Shown here in pieces: positions 56,297 through 63,442 of a DNA stretch of 63,442 bases. The DNA lies in the IMG/VR virus record IMGVR_UViG_3300044641_000353, positions 1-63,442 of that record; one strand, written 5' to 3'. The notes beneath the pieces were generated by a model. It saw only the letters and a program-made list of their open reading frames with translations. It had not been told where the DNA came from and made no database searches. The position numbers and the translations under genes are program-made. The stretch is from a virus (taxonomy: Duplodnaviria; Caudoviricetes). The stretch's first letter is position 1. Every line of letters starts with the position of its first letter.

Positions 56297-56800
56297 CTAG
56301 GATAAAAAGAGTGCTTTTTCAGCGTCTCTGCGCTTTTTTAGCCCTAGTAGTATTTTGCCACCAGCCATGCAATACAGCAAGAGGGCATCGGCTGCGCCTT
56401 CCCAATCACCACGATTGATTTTCATCCGAATAGAAGAGCGCTGAAAAGCCCCCACTCCGGCGTTGAAGGCAAAGCTGACACACGCGTCGAAAGCGCCTTG
56501 ACGACCAGATAAAGCGGGAGCAAGTCGTAGAACACCACGTTCAGTAGGGACGACATCATCTTCGAATAATTTCTCGATCTCTTCTTTAGTCCAGACACGA
56601 TTGTCCTCCGGTTTCAGTGGCATCTCTTTGCGGATCATCCCTGCGTAGTCGTTTACACGCACAACGGGTAGTTTAATCTGGTCTTGGTACAGCACATGAC
56701 CATAACCAATCGTCCAGATATGGGCTGGGCAAAGGTACGGTTTAGTCCTGTACCCCTCCCACTGGTGCATCAAATCAGCGCCAGCTTTGCCCAGTTTCAT
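56297..56800 (-). CDS. Endolysin, GH24 lysozyme
   Basis: EG...Y-x-C...WTIGYGH, FDACVSFAFNAG, GLKKRR-x-AE. Confidence 0.92.
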   Translation of the reverse strand: MKLGKAGADLMHQWEGYRTKPYLCPAHIWTIGYGHVLYQDQIKLPVVRVNDYAGMIRKEMPLKPEDNRVWTKEEIEKLFEDDVVPTERGVLRLAPALSGRQGAFDACVSFAFNAGVGAFQRSSIRMKINRGDWEGAADALLLYCMAGGKILLGLKKRRDAEKALFLS

Positions 56801-57300
56801 TTCTTGCTCCAGCTACGTGAGCCAAACCAGAAACCAATGATGCCTCCAAGCATTGCCATCTCGTCTGTGCTAAACAGAATATCAGTCAAACGAACCAAGT
56901 CATCCATGCTTGTAACCAAAGCAGGTCGGCTGTAAATGTAGTAAGCCATCCAAGCATTGATAGCGCAGAGTTCCAACACAAAGATGTAAGTAACCATCGG
57001 GCGCACAGTACCTACAAAGTTGACCACCCAGCGGCTGGCTTCTTCCATGATTTTCTTGTCGTGGTCGTAGGCCGCTACAGTCATCTGTGCGTCTGTTTCC
57101 ATAGCAATCTGGTCGGTGCGAATCTCTTCTATCTGGGCTTGGGCAGCATAGCCTTGAGCCAGCATCTGAAGCTGTAGCTCCATCTGAACACGGGCAAGGG
57201 CCAACTCATGCTTCTGGTCTGCCTTGTTTTGGAAGAAGTCTAGAAGCTTTGGTAAGCCTGATATGAGCAAACCGCCAAGGGTTGATATGAGTGAAAGCAT
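56797..57300 (-). CDS. Holin-like membrane protein
   Basis: DQKHEL, VRP-x-VTY, IIGFWFGSR; adjacent to the lysozyme. Confidence 0.7.
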   Translation of the reverse strand: MLSLISTLGGLLISGLPKLLDFFQNKADQKHELALARVQMELQLQMLAQGYAAQAQIEEIRTDQIAMETDAQMTVAAYDHDKKIMEEASRWVVNFVGTVRPMVTYIFVLELCAINAWMAYYIYSRPALVTSMDDLVRLTDILFSTDEMAMLGGIIGFWFGSRSWSKK

Positions 57301-57302
57301 CG

Positions 57303-57587
57303 TTAGTCCTTACAAGTTTTTGATTTGTCGTCATTTTGCATGAGTTTGATACCAGACAGGAACCCAATCATGCCGCCGATAAGAGTAGAAAAAGCGGGTG
57401 AAATCATTTTGAAAATCTCGGCGTTGTCCACTTCTTTTGCCCACAGACCCAACATAAAGCTGACCACCATAGCCAATACGGAGATACATAGGGTCGTGCT
57501 TACCATGAGGGTGACCCACAGCGTCAGCTTCTCCTTTGTTTCTATCTGAGGTTTCTTGACCTGTCTAGGTATCGGCTTTCTGGTCAT
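57303..57587 (-). CDS. Two-TM membrane protein (lysis cassette)
   Basis: Two hydrophobic helices; PAFSTLIGG. Confidence 0.7.
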   Translation of the reverse strand: MTRKPIPRQVKKPQIETKEKLTLWVTLMVSTTLCISVLAMVVSFMLGLWAKEVDNAEIFKMISPAFSTLIGGMIGFLSGIKLMQNDDKSKTCKD

Positions 57588-57823
57588 ACAAGTTTGTCAA
57601 TCTCGCGTTTAAGGTTTGTGATGCCAATGTTTATCGTAATCTGCCGCATCCTGTATTCGTAAATCTCATACTCGTACTGGTGAAACTTCTTTACCTGCTG
57701 GTCAATCTGTACCTGCACAGCCCTCTCAGCGTCAAGCCTTTCCACCCGTTTTGCAAACGCTTCTGTCTGCACACTGGTTTGAGGCTGGACAATCGGATAC
57801 CACTTGTCGTAGCTGATCTTCAT
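57584..57823 (-). CDS. Hypothetical protein
   Basis: Overlap-coupled ORF. Confidence 0.6.
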   Translation of the reverse strand: MKISYDKWYPIVQPQTSVQTEAFAKRVERLDAERAVQVQIDQQVKKFHQYEYEIYEYRMRQITINIGITNLKREIDKLV

Positions 57824-58107
57824 TTCTTCTCTCGCTCAAGCGCATCTTTGTATCCATGAATGACTTTAGTTCTGAGTTCTGCCGAATCTGCCGCGCCAGC
57901 CCACTCTGACAAGTTGTTCCACATCACCACATAATCTTGAGATCGACAGTGCTGTGCGTTGTTTGTTAACCACATTGACATCTGCTGATGGCGCTCGGAT
58001 GGGTTGTGGATTGTCCAAGCAATTGACCAGAACTCGCGCACATGGCAGCCATTCTTGGCTACGGCTCCAACTAGCCCCAACAGCAGTAACAGTATGAGCC
58101 AACGCAT
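57820..58107 (-). CDS. Signal-peptide-bearing protein
   Basis: MRWLILLLLLGLVGAVA leader; two Cys. Confidence 0.65.
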   Translation of the reverse strand: MRWLILLLLLGLVGAVAKNGCHVREFWSIAWTIHNPSERHQQMSMWLTNNAQHCRSQDYVVMWNNLSEWAGAADSAELRTKVIHGYKDALEREKK

Positions 58108-58110
58108 TTA

Positions 58111-58203
58111 TCACACCATACTCCATGCAATGATGTACGTGCCATAGATGACGAAGGCCACTATACAGGCCGCCGCAATGAATGCTTCAGCCCAGTCCCA
58201 CAT
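58111..58203 (-). CDS. 30-aa membrane peptide
   Basis: MWDWAEAFIAAACIVAFVIYGTYIIAWSMV fills the gap between neighbours. Confidence 0.55.
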   Translation of the reverse strand: MWDWAEAFIAAACIVAFVIYGTYIIAWSMV

Positions 58204-58205
58204 GA

Positions 58206-58733
58206 TTAGGCAGGCTCAACCCAGTTAGGGTCGTTAGGCCAAGTGATTGTCCAAGGGAAACCTGCTTGACCTGTGATGTCACGGAGTTGCTGGCGGTATG
58301 TAGCCCATGCAGTTTTATCCGCAGTGCTGTCGGCAATCTGTGTCCAGTCGCAGTCCTTGAGCAGTTGGGTACGTTGAGTGCGTACAGATGCGGCTTGCTC
58401 TGCGTCTTTCATTGCCTTGTATGCTGTTTCCTGCTCGGCGGCTGTCTGGGCAGGCTGGCCTTCTGATGCGGCGCGGTCTGTGAACACTGGGCCAAGGATG
58501 TACTTTGTGTACCACTTGCCTTCAAGCTGTTCCACGCCAGAACGTTGGCTGTACTGATATACCGTACCGCCTGTGGCCTGTGGGCCTTCAAACACAATGT
58601 CACCAGCGGGGTCGCTGATGTAGCTGTTAAGCCACTCTTGTGTTACTGGGCGGGGTGGCAAGTTTTGAGCGAAGCGAGTACGGAACTCACTCTCATACAT
58701 AACTTCACCTGTTGAACGTAAACGAATTTCCAT
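58206..58733 (-). CDS. Tail fibre assembly chaperone
   Basis: RTQRTQLLKDCDWTQ...WATYRQQLRDIT...FPWTITWP. Confidence 0.85.
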   Translation of the reverse strand: MEIRLRSTGEVMYESEFRTRFAQNLPPRPVTQEWLNSYISDPAGDIVFEGPQATGGTVYQYSQRSGVEQLEGKWYTKYILGPVFTDRAASEGQPAQTAAEQETAYKAMKDAEQAASVRTQRTQLLKDCDWTQIADSTADKTAWATYRQQLRDITGQAGFPWTITWPNDPNWVEPA

Positions 58734-58745
58734 GATGTGCTCCTT

Positions 58746-60755
58746 TTAAGCAATTGCGAGAAAGATAAATGTGCCAGCACTTGCGTTAATGGCGGCAGGG
58801 GCTGTTGAGGATATTTCAAAACCCGAGTTTGCGGTGTCAATGTAGTCTGTGCCTGTGACTTCATTGGTAGAAGTATTTAGTAACAAATACGGGTCATCAC
58901 CAGCCACGATGCCACGTGCGCTGTCCCAAACGTACCAGTCTCCAGTGCTATCGGTACGCTTAATAAAAACAAAACGTGCGCCTGTTGTAAACCCGCAGTT
59001 GATGGTCTGTGCCGCGCCTGTGCCTGTGTAAGAACCTACTTTGGAGACACCAGCGCAGGTTGCAAAGAGGTAGGCAACAAAAGTCGCCCCAGACCCGTTT
59101 ACATTGCTGTCTGCACCCAAACTAAACACGGTTGATGTAGGTGTTGTGCCATTCCAAATTGAATTGTCAGGCCCACCCCACGCAAAATCATAGTTTAGAA
59201 AACCTCTTCGGCTTGCACCTTCGCTTGATACATACGTATACCAAGCAGTGCTTCCTGTAGAGCGTGACTTAACAATCATCAACTCAGGCACTGCTGCCAA
59301 GTTGTGCGTCACAGTCGTTGCAGAACCCGTCCCCGTATAGCAAACCTCATCAAAGAAGCCGGGGGCACGTTTAAAATCCCAAGCAATAATGCTAACACCC
59401 GAATCGTTTTCATTGCCATTAGCACCAACACTAAATCCATTTTGTGTAAATGCAGTCAATCCTCCAGTTCTAGTTGTCTCTGCCGCAGTAGAGTCTGGAG
59501 CAAGTGATATTGTTGCACCTCTTAACCTATCGTAAAGTCTTGGGTTATTAGATCCAGTTCTGCCTTTAATCCAAACTAAATCTAAAGGAGGGCTACCACT
59601 AGTTATTGTTTGTGTTGATCCATTTCCCGTATATAAATCAGGACTAAACACACTCGTCCCCACAGTTGGGGTCTTCATTGGGCCACGGCGGATGGCTATG
59701 TAGATAAATGTTTGACTGCCACCTAAATTTGTTATATTAAAACCAGTTGCAGTTGGATTTATAAAGTCAGTGCCACTACTTTCTGAGTTAGAATTATTTG
59801 GTGCTAAATAAGCATCACCGCCGCCAACTGACATTCCTCGCATATTGTCAAAAAGAAGCCAAATACCAGTGTCTGTTATGTTTTTTACAAGCACCCACTG
59901 GGGTTCGTAGCCAAGAGTTACTGACGCATTTCCACCACTAACAGTAAACGACCCACACGAAATGCCGTTGGTTGAGCCGCTGCCGGAAGCAGGGAAGCCA
60001 CCTGCGTCATGGGCGAATAGGTAGGCTACGTAGGTTTGCCCGTTATTGTTAAGGTCAAGTAGCGATGCGGCTTGGAATGTTGTTGAGGTCACGTCCCAAA
60101 CATTGTCTCCACTTACATTGGTCGCATTAGTTAGATTAAGACGAGTGTAGTTAAAGTTTGGGTTGGACGTGCCACGGTGGTACACCATCCAATTAGTACC
60201 ACCAGTTAATGTGTTTTTAACAATGATACATCCCGGAGCACTACCAAGTGCGTGAGAAATAGCTCTGTTACCAGTGCCATTTCCAGTCCACGTCACAATA
60301 TCAAAGAACTTAGGCTGTTCGCGGAATGTCCATGAGACGTAGGTATTTCCTGACCCATTGGAGCCACTTTGTGATCCAAGAGTAAAACCCGTTGAGGTAA
60401 GCGCGGTAACTGCGTTCCCAGAACTTGCGGCGTCGGTATTGTCGCTACTTAAGTACGAGGTAATGGTTCTAGCAGAGTCTTGCAAAAAATGACTTCTGGC
60501 GTTATTTCTTTCTTTTAACCAAACCAATCCACCACTACCAGACAAGTCAATGCCGTTTGTAATGGTCTGTGATGTGCCGTTACCCGTATACAAATACGTT
60601 GAGAACAAATCCTCAATAAACACAGGTGGGCTGGGCCAAGTACCGGCTTTCTGAGCTTGCTGTTGTTGGTCAAGCGTCCAGATACCAGAAGCCGCCGTTG
60701 TTGTTGGCGCTACTGGGGACTTTGTGATAAAACCGCCGGTGTACTTTGTACTCAT
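58746..60755 (-). CDS. Tail fibre / receptor-binding protein, paralogue 1
   Basis: SGIWTL N-terminus; repeated FSTYLYTGNG / GFFDxVxYTG / CGSF modules. Confidence 0.8.
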   Translation of the reverse strand: MSTKYTGGFITKSPVAPTTTAASGIWTLDQQQQAQKAGTWPSPPVFIEDLFSTYLYTGNGTSQTITNGIDLSGSGGLVWLKERNNARSHFLQDSARTITSYLSSDNTDAASSGNAVTALTSTGFTLGSQSGSNGSGNTYVSWTFREQPKFFDIVTWTGNGTGNRAISHALGSAPGCIIVKNTLTGGTNWMVYHRGTSNPNFNYTRLNLTNATNVSGDNVWDVTSTTFQAASLLDLNNNGQTYVAYLFAHDAGGFPASGSGSTNGISCGSFTVSGGNASVTLGYEPQWVLVKNITDTGIWLLFDNMRGMSVGGGDAYLAPNNSNSESSGTDFINPTATGFNITNLGGSQTFIYIAIRRGPMKTPTVGTSVFSPDLYTGNGSTQTITSGSPPLDLVWIKGRTGSNNPRLYDRLRGATISLAPDSTAAETTRTGGLTAFTQNGFSVGANGNENDSGVSIIAWDFKRAPGFFDEVCYTGTGSATTVTHNLAAVPELMIVKSRSTGSTAWYTYVSSEGASRRGFLNYDFAWGGPDNSIWNGTTPTSTVFSLGADSNVNGSGATFVAYLFATCAGVSKVGSYTGTGAAQTINCGFTTGARFVFIKRTDSTGDWYVWDSARGIVAGDDPYLLLNTSTNEVTGTDYIDTANSGFEISSTAPAAINASAGTFIFLAIA

Positions 60756-60764
60756 GTTCTGTCC

Positions 60765-62819
60765 TTAAGCGATTGCCAAGAAGATGTAGGTTCCGCCAGA
60801 GGCGTTGATGTCTGCCGCCGTACTGACAATTTGAAAACCTGTGGTAATAGCAAAGACGCTGTTAGCGTTGACTTCAGCCGCCAAACTGTTGAGGAGCAAT
60901 GAGGGGTCTGTGCCGCTTGTCATGCCCCTAGCAGAGTCCCAAACGTACCAAGCACCTGTGGTGTCGGTGCGCTTGATGAGGACAAACCTAGCCCCTGCCG
61001 CAAATCCACACGCGATAGTTTGAGTAGCACCCGTGCCTGTATACGAACCCACTTTGGAAACGCCTGCACAAGTGGCAAAAAGATAAGCGACATAGGTAGC
61101 TGCGCTTAAATTTACTGTACCCCCTGTACCAACTGTAAAAACACTACTTGTCGGAGCCGTATCATTCCAAAAAACTGATGATGTTACTGCGGCATCGGGC
61201 TGGTTCAAATAAAAAGCTTTGGTTGCCCCCAAAGCAGAACTATATACAACCCAGTCTCTTCCAGTCAAAGACCTTGTTTTAACAATCATTAACTCAGGCA
61301 CTGCTTGTAAGTTATGCGTAACAGTCCTAGCACTTCCCGTCCCTGTATAGCAGACCTCATCAAAGTAGCTAGGGGCACGACTCAATATCCAGTTTGCGTA
61401 CCCAGAAGTTAGTCCATTTATACCAGCGTAATTTCCGTCAATTCCTAATGCGTAACTTAAGTTATTAAATGCAGTAACAGAAAAGCGAGTGCTATTTGCC
61501 GCATCGTAAATTTCTGCGCCGTCGTTATCAATTAAAAAAGTGTTTGCTCCACGCAATCTGTCGTAGAAAAACGCAGGGTATCCAGTTGCACCAGAACGGT
61601 TCATACTCCAAATTGAATCTGGTAGGTTTGTTGTTGTAACTGTAGCGACTGCGCCCGTACCATTTCTAGCAATAGGACTAAACACACTAGTCCCACTTGT
61701 AGGCACTTTCATTGGGCCTCTGCGAATGGCTATGTAGATGAATGTTTCACCTGAAGACCACAATCCGTTAAATCCAGTAGCAGTAGGCTGCCCGGGTATA
61801 TAGTTTCCGGGATCATCCGCGCCTGATGAGTTAGGATATAAAATTACATTCCCGTTTGTTGTGGCCGTAAAACCGCGCATATTATCAACAATAACCCAGC
61901 TTCCCCCTGTGCCTGACGATTGCTTTGCCAATAACCATTGAGGCTCAAAACCAATATTTACCGTTACTGGCGTTGTAGCACCAGCGCCGGTGAACGACCC
62001 ACACGAAATCACATTGTCTGTTTCAGTCAGGCCAAAGCCTCCTGCGTTGTGGGCGAATAGGTAGGCTACGTATGTGGTAGTGTTATTGTTTACACCAGCA
62101 CCGGCTCCTAGAGTAAATTCAGTGCTTGTTGGGGAAGTATTGTTCCAGTGTTGTGCGCCAACGTCAGGCGCTTGCGTTAAGTCTAAAAACAATGCTTGCG
62201 TGTTACCTGTGCTTCGGTGGTAAACTTCCCAATTTTGCGTTGAAGCTGGCCCAGTTGTTCCTTTAATAATAATACAACCCGGCACAGAACCAAGATTGTG
62301 GGCAACAGTTCTACCTGCTGTTCCATTCCCCGTGTAAGTCACAACATCAAAAAACTTAGGCTGCTCTCGGAATGTCCATGAAACGTAGTTAGAACCAGAA
62401 GCGTTGTACTCAGTCCCAGAGCCACTAATTGTGAATCCAGTTGTTGTAAACGAAGTAAGCTGGCCTCCTGAAGTTTGTGCGTCTGTGGTGTTTGAGTATA
62501 AATTTTTATCGACACCCCGAACCGTGTCTTGTAGCGTATTGTTTGCAACACTTGTGCGGTTTTTAACCCAAACCAATCCACCTTTACCCGACAAGTTAAT
62601 GTTGTTGGTAATAGTCTGCGCCCCACTGTTACCCGCCCAAAGATACGTACTGAACACATCCTCAACAAAAGGTGGTGGTGGTTGACTAGGCCACAACCCA
62701 GCCGCTTGCAACTGCATCTGTTGTTCTAATGTCCATGCGCCAGACGCAGTGCCTGTGTCACCACCCGTAGTCGTAGGTGGCGTTGCAGAGATAACCCCGC
62801 CTTTGTAGCGATTAGACAT
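60765..62819 (-). CDS. Tail fibre / receptor-binding protein, paralogue 2
   Basis: Colinear with paralogue 1; both end in IFLAIA. Confidence 0.8.
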   Translation of the reverse strand: MSNRYKGGVISATPPTTTGGDTGTASGAWTLEQQMQLQAAGLWPSQPPPPFVEDVFSTYLWAGNSGAQTITNNINLSGKGGLVWVKNRTSVANNTLQDTVRGVDKNLYSNTTDAQTSGGQLTSFTTTGFTISGSGTEYNASGSNYVSWTFREQPKFFDVVTYTGNGTAGRTVAHNLGSVPGCIIIKGTTGPASTQNWEVYHRSTGNTQALFLDLTQAPDVGAQHWNNTSPTSTEFTLGAGAGVNNNTTTYVAYLFAHNAGGFGLTETDNVISCGSFTGAGATTPVTVNIGFEPQWLLAKQSSGTGGSWVIVDNMRGFTATTNGNVILYPNSSGADDPGNYIPGQPTATGFNGLWSSGETFIYIAIRRGPMKVPTSGTSVFSPIARNGTGAVATVTTTNLPDSIWSMNRSGATGYPAFFYDRLRGANTFLIDNDGAEIYDAANSTRFSVTAFNNLSYALGIDGNYAGINGLTSGYANWILSRAPSYFDEVCYTGTGSARTVTHNLQAVPELMIVKTRSLTGRDWVVYSSALGATKAFYLNQPDAAVTSSVFWNDTAPTSSVFTVGTGGTVNLSAATYVAYLFATCAGVSKVGSYTGTGATQTIACGFAAGARFVLIKRTDTTGAWYVWDSARGMTSGTDPSLLLNSLAAEVNANSVFAITTGFQIVSTAADINASGGTYIFLAIA

Positions 62820-62833
62820 CTGTTACCCCTATT

Positions 62834-63229
62834 TCAACTTATGACTTCATAGCTTATGCTGTATGTAATACCGCTGGCTGTACCAGATGTCACCACAATA
62901 GAGTGGTCTTCCATCAAGTATATAGCCGTGGTTTTATCAGTCACGATCAACGAAGCATCAGCAGGGACAGACACTGTAGACACAACTGGGTAAGCCGTAC
63001 CGCCCGAAGGTGCAGAGCCGGGAGTTTGACCGCCGTTAGAGTAGATAGACACTGTGGTATCTACAGCCGCAGAGCCATTAACGTTAGCCGCAACGATCTG
63101 GTTGATCTTTAAAACCTGATTACTAGAAGCAGCGTTTCTAATTAACACAAGTGCAGTGGTTCCGCCGGGTGTTAGGTAAGAGGTTGTGCCGGAAGCTGTA
63201 GTCGCGGCAAGAAGGTTTGGGTTAGCCAT
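62834..63229 (-). CDS. Tail-cluster structural protein
   Basis: MANPNL...KINQIVAANV...VPADASL...SYEVIS. Confidence 0.75.
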   Translation of the reverse strand: MANPNLLAATTASGTTSYLTPGGTTALVLIRNAASSNQVLKINQIVAANVNGSAAVDTTVSIYSNGGQTPGSAPSGGTAYPVVSTVSVPADASLIVTDKTTAIYLMEDHSIVVTSGTASGITYSISYEVIS

Positions 63230-63238
63230 GTTAGTTCC

Positions 63239-63442
63239 TTAGAAGCCAAAGATAAAGGAGATCATAGTCGCTTTGGCTTGTGATACGCCAGAAGCTGCGG
63301 GTGCTTGGAAAGTTGGTAACGCTCCTGCGCCATTACTTGTCAAAACGTGTGTCGCTGTACCGGGGCCAGCCGATGCCTGAAATGCGCCGGTACTTGTAGT
63401 GCCTGAGAACACCACGCTATACGCAGTTGTTGTAGAAAGACC
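63239..63442 (-). CDS. 3' part of the junction-spanning tail protein (see 1..754)
   Basis: Ends ...SQAKATMISFIFGF with stop at 63239. Confidence 0.75.
   Translation of the reverse strand, partial: GLSTTTAYSVVFSGTTSTGAFQASAGPGTATHVLTSNGAGALPTFQAPAASGVSQAKATMISFIFGF

Noticed and set aside
58746-62819. Diversity-generating retroelement or invertible shufflon
   Set aside because: No reverse transcriptase, no adenine-specific template/variable repeat pair, and no recombinase or inverted crossover sites seen
63316-63442. Terminal repeat as a biological direct terminal repeat
   Set aside because: It is exactly 127 bp, a common assembler k-mer length, and falls in the middle of a gene, so it is best read as a circularisation overlap

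Overview
The window is a complete, circularly assembled tailed-phage genome of about 63,315 bp; bases 1-127 repeat at 63316-63442. The gene content is podovirus-like. The minus strand (about 38.4-63.3 kb, continuing into 1-17.7 kb) carries the virion and lysis genes: small and large terminase, portal, GroES-like co-chaperonin, scaffold, Mu-gpT-like major capsid, many small basic proteins, adaptors, tail and fibre genes, lysozyme and large internal/ejection proteins. The plus strand (18.0-38.3 kb) carries early genes (including a MoxR-type AAA+ ATPase and a VWA-metallopeptidase) and replication genes (PolA, PD-(D/E)XK nuclease, SNF2 helicase, primase-DUF927). I saw no integrase, RNA polymerase, tRNA or CRISPR array. 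The most unusual signals are: (1) 17 copies of the palindrome (C)TAACAWTGTTA(G), confined to the 10.6-kb early region, lying over start codons and inside CDSs in different frames and thinning out away from the presumed genome end; (2) three candidate structured RNAs, namely a stand-alone anti-Shine-Dalgarno sRNA at about 38.34-38.42 kb, a cloverleaf leader at 33.63-33.73 kb and a double pseudoknot behind the capsid gene; (3) a recurrent hydrophobic-x-x-G-G peptide motif in seven late proteins, suggesting a maturation or packaging signal. All calls come from reading the sequence by eye; no database searches were run.
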